Shown: positions 1-14,261 of the stretch, one piece after another
Numbering within the stretch: the stretch's first letter is position 1
Layout of the letters: each line of letters begins with the position of its first letter
Source of the DNA: Vermamoeba vermiformis
Taxonomy: Eukaryota
Direction of reading: 5' to 3'
Length of the DNA stretch: 64,000 nt
Assembly: GCA_045837725.1 (NCBI GenBank)
Contig: JBEWZL010000124.1
Coordinates: 186,001 to 250,000 of the forward strand
Position numbers and translations under genes: made by a program
The notes under the pieces: generated by a model
Told to the model about the DNA's origin: nothing
Databases searched by the model: none
Seen by the model: only the letters and a program-made list of their open reading frames with translations

Positions 1-2975
1 GGTCTTCTCGTTTTCTTCGTGCACTCATAGTGACTATGAGCAGGACCATGGCTGCAATAAGAAGTATGCCAAGCGGTACTGTCAAGCCAACCACTAACGC
101 TATTGATGTCTTGTCTTGTGGACAGCTCAAAGTGAACGTGATTGTTTTGGAGACGGATCTGATGGACGGTGAATGGCAGGCACGTCCTTCACTCGATATC
201 TTCATCATAGAATCAAAATTACTGCCGCCACATGTTGTCGTGATATAAAACACTGGTGTCTCTACTTCTGACTCGGCCATGTCGAACACAATCTCGCCTT
301 CAAATTGCATGCAATCAATGACCAGAGTGTCTTTGTTGCGTACCACGAGCTTGGCGTTAGGTTCAACAATCAAATCTGAATGAACGAAGGAACTTTAGTA
401 AGTGATCGGATCAGATTCGCTAGTGGGTCGGACTTACTATGAAACGCCGCCAAGGTATGTATATCCGATAGTCTTAACGTTGTTCCTGAATGTACATAAA
501 GCGTTGACTTGGCTGGACAATGAGCTGTTGTTTGGCGGTTAGTACCAAAAAAGACAGACCGGATGCGTCGATTCAGTACGTACAGTCGTAGCACTTGAAT
601 TCCTCTGTAGAGCAACAAAACGCATTTCCATCAATATTACATTGGCTGGCTTCACTTTTGAAGGTCGAAGGTAGCGCCAAACATCCGCGAAACAAATTGT
701 CTTGGATGTGAAGCTGTTGAAGTGTTCTCATATTGTTCATCGCTGGCAACGTGCCAGTAAACCAATTCGAAGAAATATTACTTAAATATCGTTAGTATGA
801 CACTAGTAGCGTTTGTATTAGTATTACTTACAGTTTTCTCAAATTTTGCATCGAAGTTATTCCGTGCCCTATTGTACCATTCAAGTTGTTGTTAGACAAG
901 TCCCTAAATATTATACGTTAGTATGTGTAACTTAAGGCGATACATTCAACGTACAGCTCGGCTAGAGGCAGTTCGAAAAGTTCGACCGGGATCGTGCCAG
1001 CGAGGTCATTGTTGGCCATGTGCAGCTCTTGCAAGCGAAACAATCGAGACAGCGTTGATGGAAGTGTACCACTGAACGCGTTATTGTCAATTTGAACGTA
1101 GTTCAGAGAACTTAATTGTCCAAATGACTCCGGAATCGTGCCGCTGAATCGATTGTTGTCGATCTTTAAAATTCGTAGTAGACCTCTTGTAGTCAATCCT
1201 GGCGGGATAGTTCCGATGAACTTGTTGTCACTTAAGTATAGTTCAGCAATAGTGTTGGTCAAATCAAATAAATGCAACACAGATCCGGTCAGCTGATTGT
1301 TCGACAAGTCGACAGTGCGCAATCTGTTCAGCAACCCGTAAGTGATGGGTACGGTGCCTGTCAGTTGATTGTCATTTGCAGTGAAGTAGCCAAGCCCTGC
1401 GGGTAGAAATCCGGGTGATTCGAATGAAGGCAAAGGACCCGAAAGTCTGTTGGCGCCAAGTGTCAGATCCGTCAATCGTCTGTTTCTTCCGAGTGCTCGA
1501 GGGATGGTACCAATCAAGTTATTGTTGTTCAATATGAGGCTAACGATCGATGGAAGTGATCCAAATGACTCGGGAATGACACCACTGATGCGATTGTGTG
1601 CCACTGCGAAGGTCGTTAAAGATGCCATGCCTCCAATGCTCTGTGGCAACGTGCCAGTGAGATTATTGAACACTATGTTGACGATCTGGAGTTGTTGTAG
1701 GTTTCCTATTGAGTTGGGTATAGGACCTTCCAGTAGGTTGGCGTAAGCGTGGAAAGCTTGAAGTGCGGTGAGCTGTCCAATGCTCTCAGGAATTGTTCCA
1801 GAAAATCTGTTGAAGCTCAATAGCAGTTGTTGAAGTTGCGTTAGCTGGCCTATATCGTTGGGTATCGTTCCAGTGAGCTCGTTATTTTCTACTTGAAGCC
1901 AGAGCAAGTTGCGCAGATTCGTGATCGAGTTCGGAAGTGTTCCGCTAAGTCGGTTCCTGGACGCCAAGAAGTGCGTCAGTCCGACCATATTTCCAATATC
2001 GTTTGGTATTGTGCCAGTAAGCTGATTGTCTGCGATTAAGAACTGCGTGAGTGTTGTGAGCTGCGTAACAGATTTGGGGATCGTGCCGGTCAAATTGTTT
2101 GAAAGGGCTTCAAAGCGCACTAATGTCTTTAATTCTCCTATTGACTCGGGTATTGTTCCACTAAGCTGATTGTATGCGAAGTCGAAGGCTAGAATGTTCT
2201 GAAATTGGCGAATCTTGTTGGAGATCGTGCCAGAGATTTTGTTGTGTGATATACTAAAGATCCCAAGACTCGTTATTTGATATATTGACTCTGGTATAGT
2301 TCCACTAAGCTCATTACGGCCCAAGAGTAATTGTTGCAGTTTGGTTAGCGTTCCAAGTTCCGCTGGGATCGAGCCTGTTAGCTTATTTCCAGCGAGAAAA
2401 ATGGTGTCCAAGTAGGTGTTTGCTGCTAAAGATGCTGGTATCGTTCCTTCAAGCTGATTGGTGTTGAGATAAAGATGCTGAAGGCGTGGAAGGCCACTGA
2501 AATCCGGTATCGTGCCCGTAAATTGATTTGAGGGCAAATATAAATAAAATAAATTCGTTAAATTATTGATCCATGTTGGTATTGTGCCACTAAGCTGATT
2601 TCCACCAAGCCAGAGTCGTTGAAGCATTGACAGATTTTTGATCGACTCGGGTATTGTTCCCGATAAGTGGTTACCTTCTAAATTGATGAGATCGAGCATT
2701 AATAAATTTCCAATCGATTCTGGAAGTGTTCCAGTCAGTTGGTTGCTTGGCAGATTGAGCTGGACGACGCGCGAGTTGATGCACCCGATCCCCGCCCAAT
2801 AGCAGGCTGAAACATTGTTTGAAAGCCAATTATCTGATCGAAGCCAATATTGTCCATTTGTGGAGTGGTAAAGTTGAGTTAATATTGCACGCTCTTCCTC
2901 TTGTGGATCGCATCGTGCGCAATTTGTCAAAAATAAAACAAATACCACCAATGCATGTTTAAATAATACTTTCAT
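1..2975 (-). CDS. Plant-type LRR single-pass receptor-like protein (signal peptide, LRRNT cap, ~25 LRRs, TM); 3' end runs off the window
   Basis: ORF 918-2975 has a signal peptide, a W-x-G-I-x-C cap and 24-aa repeats LxxLxLxxNxLSGTIPxSIG. Spliced downstream exons give ...DKTSIALVVGLTVPLGILLIAAMVLLIVTMSARRKREET (TM plus basic stop-transfer) at the window edge. Confidence 0.9.
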
Positions 2976-3225
2976 CTTGTAATCATGCTTACGGTATTTA
3001 CAAAATGATTGACCGAATTATGACGGTGTCAGAGGCCACAATAAATCACACTTTTTACCTTTTAGATCAATGCATAAGTTTTAGATAAAGCAACACGATA
3101 GCAACGAAAATGTTCATAATCAATCAAGTCTTAATCAAGGTACGACAGCTTTTGTAAAATGTGAAAGTGTCACTTGTCAACCAAAATTAGACGACAATTA
3201 GCATCGGTATTTAAAGGCTATTTTA

Positions 3226-6200
3226 TTAAGCAGTAGTTTGCAACTCGTGCTCCATCTGCGCAGAAGGCAATGTGCTCTGAGTGATCATTTTGCGTTGTTT
3301 GGCAGCTTCATCTTCGTCAAAGCCTTCGAACTCGTCTTGTGGTGACTGCGCGGCCTTCATTTTGTGCACTTGCACGATCACCACAGGCACTACGACTGCT
3401 GCAACTCCGACCACGATAATCACGATAAGAACACCTATTGATGCTCCCTAAGCGTAAAACAATGTCGTTAGTTTCACTTTCGCGGAACGAAAATTTCAAA
3501 TTGTTGTTCGGCAATGAACAAGTTATAATGCTAATTTGATATCCATGTTCAATTACATTATTGCTGGAATGTAGCTGGACATTAATGGTTTCAACAGAAT
3601 CAAAAATCAATTTAAAAGGATGTGAATAATTTTTTACGGCCATCATTGACGACGCCGTTTATACCAATAAATTAATTGAAGCACTGCAATATAATAGCAC
3701 AAAAGTATTTAACTTACCTCGCCAATGCCAAACAATCCACCCGAGTTGTTATTGCTGTCGCCGTTCGGAGATTGAGTGCCCATGCCTGGCTGTTGAGTCG
3801 TGATCAGCACTGGATAGGACAGTGCAATTGACTGCGCGTATTGTTTGCCCAGTGAGGACCAGCAGTACGCCAATCCACCGAATGACTGTGAAACTGAAGC
3901 ACTTAACGAGCACTCCAGTGTTTGTGCACTGAGATACGACGTGTTTGTGCGAATAGTCAGTGTCACCGTGCAATTCATGTCACGTGACAAGTTAGTGCAT
4001 TCTGCTTGTGGCGTGGAGGTGATCAATAGTGATTGGTCTGAACACGTCAGATCTGCCGTGAAGTTCGCGCTTGATGGACCTAGAATTAAGTAGCATAATG
4101 TTACTATGTTCAATAATAATTAAACTAGTTTTGATAAAAGAGTTGAAGTTAGTGGTCGGATCCGTTTTCAGCTGCATGATCCGAATCTACTGCACGACGA
4201 TATAATTTGATTGTACACGTACCGCTATTATGTATCTGAGCGGTTAAGAACTTAGTAAATGCCACTTGATCACTCGTTGACCACTCAACTTGACTCCATC
4301 CAATCAAGTTCATTGACGACAACTCCGGATCTGACTCGTGTTGTGACCACCAGTCTTTGTCCATCAGCAAGTACGACTCACTCGCAATGACATCGTCGCT
4401 GTAGTCCAAGCAGTAGTTGTACGGTGCTTGCATGGTGATGGACTGCGTGAACTGTTTGCCTTTTGATGACCAACAAGTGGCACGTGTCACACTCACTTGC
4501 CAGTTGCACGTGATTGACACATTGCTCAGACCTGGCGAGCCCAAGTATAGCACTGGCACTTGAACTGTCAAGGTGGCACCGGCGTCGATGAGAACTGTCA
4601 CTGAACTTCCATAAATGGAAATAGTGTTATCTCCCGTCGAGATCTGACACTGATCGACAGTGACGTTGAACTCGCCTTGAAGATTGCCTCCGTTTTTGAC
4701 TGACGATGACACGAGCACCGTGAAGTTCTGAGGATTGTTTGCTGAAGTCCACTCGAGAGGTGTGATGGAGAACGGATTCTACGCGAGGTGTTAGCATCGA
4801 TATTTCCATTTATGGTAATAATATGTCGTACCTGCTGAGCAGCGAATGGATTGGGATTGACACGCCACACAGACTCGCTGTACACGAGGAATGGTTGACC
4901 CAAAGCAGTGACTGTGCTCGAGTCCGTGCACCCGTTCTCGAGTGAGAAATCCATCATTGAGGTCACGTACTTGTTTGACGAGCTCCACAGCTTTTGTTGC
5001 GGAATTGAAATAAACAAACTGCAGCTGTATAACAAAGATAAATTAGACTTGCTTGAGCTTTGGTGATTTGCTTCGGTACCTGTAGTTGCCCGTTAATGAA
5101 GTCGCTGTGGCATCCACGGCGATGGTCAAGTTCACTGTCGAGCCTGCTGGAACAGTTTGCGCGGCACCGTCGATCGATATTGACTCGGGACAAACACCTC
5201 CAAAAGGTAAGTCAAGTTACGGGAAAAAACAGCAAGCGATGAAATAAATAATATTGATCAATAAAAAGGATATTAAACAATCCAGGGCCGTCTCCAGAAT
5301 TCGTAATCGTTAAAGTGAGTTCGTACATTTGACCTTTCACCTGTTTGTCAATTGACCACGTGCCAATCATAGGTTCTAATATTTCCATTCCTCCCCGTTG
5401 TGCGTTAATATTAACGGTGAGTTGCACTCGCTCTAATGCCGCATTGTACGACATTACTAAATTCGAACCTTCTATTCTCATTCGCTCCTTAACTCAAGTT
5501 AGTTATTGCTACGTAACGGGGACAAACGTACTTTTGTACCATCGACAGTTCCGTATAATTTGGCAAAGTTGCTAATTACAGCAGGTAGTGTTGAAGTCGA
5601 GGTATCTTTCATCCAATATGAAAGTTGATAGTTCATGCAAGTACCTACCGAAGTTAAAAAGCGAGAATAATGTTATTTGTACATACCATATGCAGATGAA
5701 CAAAAATTTGGTTGATTGTAGAAATCGGCCATTGAAACGTCGATTTTATCGCAACCACCGCCAAAATAGGAAAGAGGTACTAGCCGCCAAAGATAATTCG
5801 ATGGACTTGGTGTTGAGGCTAAATCAGGTAATAATAAACGTCGGCTATTAAACGCGACTGCCTGATTCAATGCAGACCCGCTGGGAAGCGAAGTGTTCGC
5901 ACTAAAAAATCTCTTCAGCCCCATTTCAGTTCCTCGATCAGAAAATTGTGCGTCATCGAAAGTCGCAGAATAATCTAGTCTCACGTAGATCGGATAGACC
6001 AGCTGGTAATCACTTGGAGTTGTATTAATATCGTAAGCGCCGAACGGTAATTGTGAAATTGTGTTCCTAAATCATATTAGGAAATAGATAGATACTGGAC
6101 AATGAATACCATGTATGCAACTCCTGGTCACAATTAGGGCAAAATACGTTACGAACCGAGCCTTTGGCACAAACTTTACCGGCTCTAGCCGTTATTGGTG

Positions 6201-7747
6201 CCATCCACCATCGGAACGTTGGCCTTATTCCTCTAGTTGAATATAATACTGAAATTTGGGTGCCTAAAGCTTGTTAATTAAAGCCAAATTGTATTCGATA
6301 GAATTACCATTTGTAAATGTAAATAACCCACTGTACGCGCTATTTAAAGCAATTGAATCTGCCTCGATGACAGCCACATCTTTTGAATCGCCTTCCTACA
6401 ATAGCAAATTATTACAATACCAATTCATGGGCCAGACTTACATTCCAATAACGACCAACATGAGCTAAATACAGAGTCGCTGAATTTGGAAGCAAATCAA
6501 ACAGCGGTTGGATGTATGTTCTAAAATGTAATTAGACTGTAATTAAACTGGCACTTTTGTGGATAAACGTACGAGGGTACTTCTTCGAAATCGTCGCTCA
6601 AAAGCGTAGAAGTCGCAATATTTCCTTCTACATGCTCAAAATTGGGAGTTAATACCCGATATAATATCAAAGGCAATTTCAGCTCTGTTGATGACTTTTG
6701 GGCGCTAATCTACGACAAACTTTAATATTTCGAAATGACTAAATTACCTTACCTTCAGAGGATACTTCAACAGATAGCTATCTCCCGAGTCGTCAATAAA
6801 AGATGTAATGGTAATGTTGAAGGGCGCATAGCCGGAGAAATCGAGCTGGAGGGAATTATAATGTGATACTGAGGATATAAGGCTTACATTCACGGTTAAC
6901 GTCCAGTTGCACGGAAGACCAGCGATATTGCTTGTGCAGAGACTACCAACAATGCTTGTGACAGGAGGATCTGTGTTTGGCACAACTGTTGTAGGAGAGA
7001 GGACCGGTTGTGCAGGGCAATAACTTGGCCTCGGAGGCACATTGACGGGTGTGCCTGATGCCACTCCACTACCGGTAGTGTAGTTCATATAGCCCAAAAA
7101 CTAGGCGAGTCAGATTATTGTAGCCGTGAGATAAACGATAGTCACGTACCTCCATCAAGTAGTTTTGATAATTACCATCCATAAATCGGTTTGATATAAA
7201 CAAATATAAAAATGCGTTGTTAGGCAGCGTGTTCGCGTTGAAAGTGACTCGGAGAAAATCTCCGCGGCCATTGTTTGTAGCTGAATTTGGCTTGAAAACA
7301 TCGCCCGTTGCGGCATTTGTAAGGTACTAATTATTCGATTAATAAGCCGTATTTAATACACCTATAATTACTTACAACAGCGGCAGGTTTTCCAGTTGAA
7401 GCAGTGTTCAGATCAGTCAACAATGTCGCATAAGTCAATGCACCGCTCGCTGAATAGGCTGACAATAATTTTCGATAACCCGTCGAACGAAAATACCTAA
7501 TAGAAGTCATATTAGTACAATAAATTCGTAACTTCAAGCCGTAAACTTACTCTACATTTTGATTGAAAGTCAAATCAATATTAGTGGCTTGTGCAACGCT
7601 TAATACTGTTCCACTCGAAGGCGATACTGTAACTGATACGCAACCACTACCTACAGTATACGGCAATGATGGATTCGGCTGCGCTTCAACGAAGTAGAGC
7701 AGACCCAACGAAATTGCCGCTAGCAGCAACCATTTCTTCGCCACCAT
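3226..7747 (-). CDS. HAP2: Divergent HAP2/GCS1-like class II fusogen (fusexin), multi-exon, with signal peptide and C-terminal TM
   Basis: Spliced translation contains LWRLVPLSYFGGGCDKIDVSMADFYNQPNFCSSAYGTCMNYQLSYWMKD, matching the HAP2 signature C-x-KI-x-V...F-xx-Q-xx-xC...G-x-C-x-x-x-QL. It also has YPLKISAQKSSTELKLPLILYRV and Ig-like repeats before TM GVLIVIIVVGVAAVVVPVVIV. Exon joins near 5200-5280 are uncertain. Confidence 0.75.
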
Positions 7748-8393
7748 TATGCTATTAAGCTCGCTGAAATGTGTACTCCGTGCTATTAGATTGTTAAATT
7801 AAAAGCAATAGGCAAAAGTAACGTACCAATACTTTGGAAAACTCGTGGAAAACTCCGAATTCGCAACCAAACGTTCGGTCTCCCACTCACCGCGACATTT
7901 GTAAGGTTATCCAACATCAAATGAGAGAGAGACGAAACATTCCCTCGTGTAGCGCGGTTTTGAACGAGGCCACAAGCTTTTACTTGAGATCTTCAGTTTT
8001 GGGTACGCGTTTTCGTCATTTGTCAACCCTAAAGTCATTCGTTGTTGTAAATATTTATAATTTTAAGTTTAAGAATCTTCTTTCGCGCAAACGGGCCTTG
8101 AGACCCCGCCAAGAATTTTAAAAAAAAGAAATATAAAAATTAATGTTTACAAAATGCCAGAGTATAACTGGAATTAAATTCAAGGATCATTAATTTCATA
8201 ATTACTACTAATTTTAAGCATGATATATTTTAAATCCTTACTTGCTGTTATAAATGCGATCAAACGCAAGATCTTGTTCCTAGGAGACAAGATTTCCTTA
8301 CTTTTATACTCATTAGTAATGGAATAGGATGATAAAGTTGTATTGTGACTCTTGCTGCTATTAAGTGAAGCGATTATTTTATTTACAAAAATC

Positions 8394-11300
8394 TTATTTT
8401 CGCTTGTTTCCTGGTGACGTGCCAGTTGACCTCGAGTTGCCCGTGTTCTTATTCAAGATATCATACGTTTCAATAGGCAATGGGTTCTCTGACGACATGA
8501 TGAAGTCACTAATGTACTCGGTAGCGTAGACCGGTGCCTTTGCTTTCTCGAACTGCTCCGCGATTTCTTTCTCGCTAAGCTTGGCCTTGTCTATGATAAT
8601 GTGCGTCACTGAGTTCAAGTTGGTGAATGGTGGTGTGTCTTGCACGACTACTGCTCCACCTGATTCCAAGACACGCCTCAGACCATCTTGTCTCTTAGCC
8701 ACCACGTAGAGTGCTACGCGCCATCCGTCAAACGCGCCCTTCTTGTTTTCTCTAGCTAGTTTCAAGCGCCATCTTCGTGCTGCTTCGAGCAGATCTTTTT
8801 CTCGCGGGTTGGTCGCATCCGCTGCGTTCCACTCGTACGGCTCTTCTTTGACGAATCTGCCGGCCTTTTGACAAGCATCCAGGTACGAAGCTTTCAGTAC
8901 CCAGATACCCATAGCACAAGCGCCAAGGTACTTCTCGGATCTGATCGGCTTGTGCGCGATCACGTGTGTGCACGTGCTGTCAAAGTGCTTCAAATAGACG
9001 CCACCAAGCTCTTTGATTATTTTTGGCATATTGTTCTTAGCATCGGTATTATCAAAGCCAGAGATAGAAAAGACCGGTGCGTCTTTGACTGGCGAGGTCT
9101 TGATCGGTGAACTCGTCTTGCGCTTTTCCACGGGATCCGTATTTGACACGGGTGAAACTCGGCTAGGAGTTTTAGGAGCAGCTGGAGGGTTGCTATTTAC
9201 CCTAGTGTCGGGTAGTAGTTGCTGAGGCACGGGCTTGGGAGGCGGTGACTTCTTAACAGGTGGAACGGCTCTAGCGGTAGGTTTCACAGCCAGCAAGTTG
9301 GACATTGAAGTCTTCTTTTGGCTCTCTTCGTCCACATCAAGCGCTTTGAGGAATCTGTCAATGCCGGCTTCATCCACCTTATTCGACACTCTTCGTCTTC
9401 TTTGGGTTGATTGTGTCGATGTGCCCGTGTCCAATTCACTCTTGTACGCGATGACTTGTGAATCGAATTCTTCTTGTTCCAGCTCAATAGATGCATTGAT
9501 AGTCTGATCTATGATCATATTATCGCTTCTAGGCTCGTTAGATGAATCTCTTAAGATTGCCTCGTTCACCGTCTGGTTCAGTGTCAAAGTCAGATTCGGA
9601 TCACCTCCGCGAGCACGCTGAGAGAATGGCTGTGATTCGTTAGCACATAGTCTAAAAATGTTGTAACTATTACTTACATCGTCAAGAAGCTCGGCACGAC
9701 TAATTCTGCGCGCTGTGCCTTCGACCTGCAACTTGGATGTGTCCTTCGGTTTGAAGGTTTTGATTTGTGGCTTAGCAGCAACAGTTTCCATCAGCTGGTC
9801 CAAATCTTCTAAGATCTGGTTATTAATGGAATGGTCTTCCTCGACTACAGGCGAGTTCTCTTGTTTCAACGCGTCGAGGAACTCCAGATTCGGCAGATCG
9901 GTCATGGTCTCGGTGTTCTGGTGGTAATTGTCATCATTGCTGTTCTCGACTTTGACTGTAGGCAGTGCGTGCGCATTAGCGTCAGAGAGTGCTGAGAGCA
10001 TCTCATCAGAGGCAGCGTTGATCTTAGACTGGAAGTCACGCGAGTCATGACTTTGGTTGACTGCCGCGCTGTCCTCGCCAATGGTGAAGAACTTGCTCTC
10101 TTTGACAGGCTGTTTCTTCGTCGCATGGTGTGAAGGTGTAGCAGCGACAGGACGAGTGAACAATCCCGTAGCATCACGTTGACTTCTGAAGCTTGGACTT
10201 GGCAACAACGAGGCGTTACTCTCGTGTCGGTCCTCGTTGGGTGACGAGTTGGGCGAGGACGGGAAATAAGTCACATTCAAGTGCGAGTCCGTTCTCTTCT
10301 TCTTCGCGGTGCTATTGACATTAGACACAACAGGCGCTGCTTTTCTCTTGCGCGAGGCAGTTGTGCTGTTCGGGGCTGACTTGTTTGGCTGTTGCACCAC
10401 GGGGGATTGCACCAACGACGTCCTCAAAGAGCTCCTGTGATAGGATTAGCGCACGTAATATTATAAAATAGATGGCGAGCTTACTTAGCAGGCGTAGTTG
10501 TTGGAGCTGTGGTGACAATACCAAGTGCCATGCTCGGGTTGTAACTCGACGGGAACGATAACTCCGGAACTCGTCTATTCTCTTCCTTACACTACAACAA
10601 GCATTAGAATGCTAACGTAGACATATATTCATACCTTTCGTAACCAATGTGAAGACACAATGTGCGCGCCGCGTTGCTTGACATTATTGAACTCGCGGTT
10701 ATTCTCGATCTTGCCGTCGTGAATGTAATGCGTAACATTATCGTCATAGCCCCAAGAATAACTACCCCCAAGGCTGCTTACTATATCGATTAACTCAGCT
10801 TGGATATCCTAAGAAACGAACATCAGATCCGCATCCAAAAAAGGAAATTCCAGTACGCGTACCACAAGCTTCTTGCCAACGTAGATTGTAACGCCCTTAA
10901 GTACGTCGCTTATGCGAGGATCTTCTTGTTTGATAGGCTTCTTAGCATAATCTCGCTCTTGTTTGATTGGTCTATCTCGATCCATACTCAAAGGCAACAG
11001 ATCGACTGAAATTGAATTAGAAATTTTGTAAATTAGCTAAGTGCTCTTACCTTCTGCAGGCAGTCCGTAATATTCGCTATTAGATATCTCGTCCTCCTCA
11101 AATGCAATCGGATTATTCATATCGTCTTCTTTGAACAGATCGTCGCTTGTCGGAGCAGATCGCGGATGCTTCTTGCTGCTACGGTTAGCCACTGGTTCGC
11201 TTTCTGCGTATGAGGTGTTGTATCGGCTATTAATGCCAAAGAATGAATGTTTTGATTCCGCTACGTGAAAGCCCTAAAAAAAAGTTCGTGGAGGTTATTT

Positions 11301-14025
11301 CCGGGATTTTAGCAATTTGGCCAGTACAAAAATCATAATCATTATTTTTCCGATGCAATCCTCTTACCCTAGTAACGCATTCTTCAAGCCATTGAACTGT
11401 TACAACACGTATGTCGCATTCAATGGCCTTCTCATACTTCTTGCCCTCTGGTCGCTTACAAATTAAGTGCGTGGTCATTTGGGCTTTCAAAGAGGGATTG
11501 TATGCGGCACCAACTAATCTAATAAGCAGCTCCAAGTTCTCTCGCTCTTCAGGTTCGAAGTTCGAGGTAGTCATCATAAACTTCTCCATAAATGACTTAT
11601 AATGACTAACTGAGAATGGAAAAGGTCTGAATACTATACAGTCTGTCGGATTAAGCAGCTTTTGGCGCTAAAATATGGTTAATTACGCATTTTCAGGTGG
11701 ATCAGATCTAGTTAACTTACGGCTAAACTGACTTCCAACCAGTGAATGCTAACGGCAGGAGGCTTTGGAGCGCCTCTTTGAAGGTTGATAATATCTAAAT
11801 AGGACTCCATATTCGCTGAACCATGAGGCATAACAACGTAATTGATTAGAGTCCGATCGCCGTGGTCGCGCAGCTTGCGAAGAGCGTTAGGAAGAAATGC
11901 TTTGCCACCTTGAGCCTCGATAAATCCTTGTACATCACGTACCTATAATTGTTGGTAAATTATCAATATTAAATAAATATAATTTCGAAGATCTGAACTT
12001 ACATCCGAGTCGCGGAAATTTGCGACCAAAAAATTAATTTTAGAGAACAATGCGTTTGGATCGAAAGGCGAGGACGATATCTCTTGATCCATATCAATAT
12101 CTTCTTGCTCTGTTTTCATTCTCTTTGCTTGAGGCTCGTACTCGCTTCCTTCATTGGACTTCCGTCTTTGTGCCACGATTAGGATTGGCAGGCACTATAA
12201 AATATCATTAATATGTCTACTATAATATGAATCGAATAATAGTACGCTTACATAATCGGTAGTTATCTGGCGCCAACAGCCGTCGCTGTTTGTAACAGTC
12301 TAATAACCATCTCGATGATAAAATTGGCGCCGAAATATTAATCGAGCGGAATGTATCAATATCGCTAAAATAATATCGTTAGATCATAATATATAGGATG
12401 TTTGGAGTTTGAGCGTACCCTTGATTAATAGTATTGCCAACAACAAAATGCGTGACTTTGCCATCCATATGAGGCCATCGAACTCCGCCACCGTTCAATA
12501 TCATATTCTTAATACGAACGTTTTGATTTTCAGTAAATCCGCTCAAATAAATAACGCATCCGTCAAAATACTGATTTCCTTCTTCATCGCTGTTACTTCG
12601 CTCATAATTATTCGCTGAGCTATTGTTCTGATTTCTAATAATATCGTTCTTCTTCGCTTGGATTTCATCGTCAATATTATGAATGTCCTCGCTAGGATTA
12701 CTATTTTCAACTCGTTTTAATTCTTCTTCGGTTACTTGAACTTCTTGCGGAACAAATCCAACCATTTCATCCGTAATTAAATACGGTGTTTCATCTAACC
12801 ACACTATATAACATTAAATTAGCAGAAATTCAAGAGTAAATTTAGATCGGATCGCAATGAAAATATTGTTGAAAACGTACCATTTCGTCTAACGCATTCC
12901 TCAAACCACGAAAGTGATACTACTTTACAATTTGTGCAATGAGTGCGCGCAAACCAATATTTGCTTGAATATCCAACGTTGAGATTTTTAGGCTGTTACA
13001 AATCAGTTAAAGAAAACAAATGCAAAAGTGTTAAATATGGAAAATGAATACGAATGTTTCAAAATAGGATACGTCTACTATTAAGTGAGTATAATCAATA
13101 TTGGTAGTAGTCGTCATGTCTTCGCAAATTCTGCCGCCATGTTTTGCCGCCAGAATTCGCATTTCTTCTCGTTGTTCCGTAAATTGCACGCCAGAAATAG
13201 CCATAACAAATCCTTCGAATGGTCTGACTAAATAATCTACTGTCGGCAATATTCTGTCCTTTTTCTAAAGATAGATCCGGATCAGATCTTTTCTAAAAAA
13301 GCAATAATAGTTCAAAGGCTTACCCAACAGTCTGCTAGCCATGCAAATCGTAATAATTTAACTCCGTATTGCAATGCTGCTTGATGCTTTTCGCTGCCAG
13401 CTTTTTGAACTAATAGATGCGTGGTATCTCCTGACATCGCATCGACGAACTTGCCCATCATATAGCTAATAAGCAGTTGTACTTGTTTCTATTTAATAAT
13501 GATATTAGTCTCTCGCAATAATATCTGACGTTCAAGTTTCAAACAGATCGGATTAGTGTTTTTTTACCTTTTTATCGCCAGCTGCTCCTGATGTGCAAAT
13601 AGTTGTTCCTTCTAATATTCTATTGCATACAGGCAATACTGATAATGGTGGCAGGGGTTTCTTTCTCTCTGCGGATTCTAAAACGGCAGAAGCTCCTGTC
13701 ATAAGTATTGGAAACTGTTCAAAATATTTTTTCGTGGTTATAATATTTACCTAATAAATATTGAGGCTGTCCTTCGCTTCTCAACCTTCTGCAGGTTTTA
13801 ATATAATCTTCCTGTGAAAAATATTAATTCAAGTTCGTATTTCCGCTTAAATTGAGCTCTATAAATTTCACTTACCCCTTCAAATCTTTCTAAAATATAA
13901 ATATCCTTTCCAGGCCTAAATTTGTGCGTGATCGAGGCACCGTGCGTAATTAATGCCTCTCGCACTTGTTGGTCAATACCAACGGGTAAATATGGTGATA
14001 TATGTACAGAAACGCCTGACCACAT
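8394..14025 (-). CDS. TOPBP1: Multi-BRCT checkpoint/replication scaffold (TOPBP1/Rad4/Cut5-like)
   Basis: At least 7 BRCT repeats across exons (e.g. FDGCVIYLSGF...GGG...THFVV; THLICKRPEGKKYEKA...VTVQWLEEC). A C-terminal tandem BRCT pair has THVIAHKPIRSEKYLGACAMGIWVLKASYL and GAFDGWRV. Confidence 0.85.
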
Positions 14026-14261
14026 TGTTTGTGCTATTTAAAATCTATTTACTACAACTGAATAGAACAATTTTCCCGATCAACCATAAAAATCAATTCC
14101 GAGAAAAAATGGCGCAATTTTCGGATCCCGACTTACGCCTTTTCAGTAAGTCCTACAGTCATTAGTATATGGTAAATAAATATAATCCGATTTTTGGAGC
14201 AAATGCCAGCTTTGTTACGCAGACACCTTCGGATCGGTTGACCGCGATCTGCCACGCGTAC

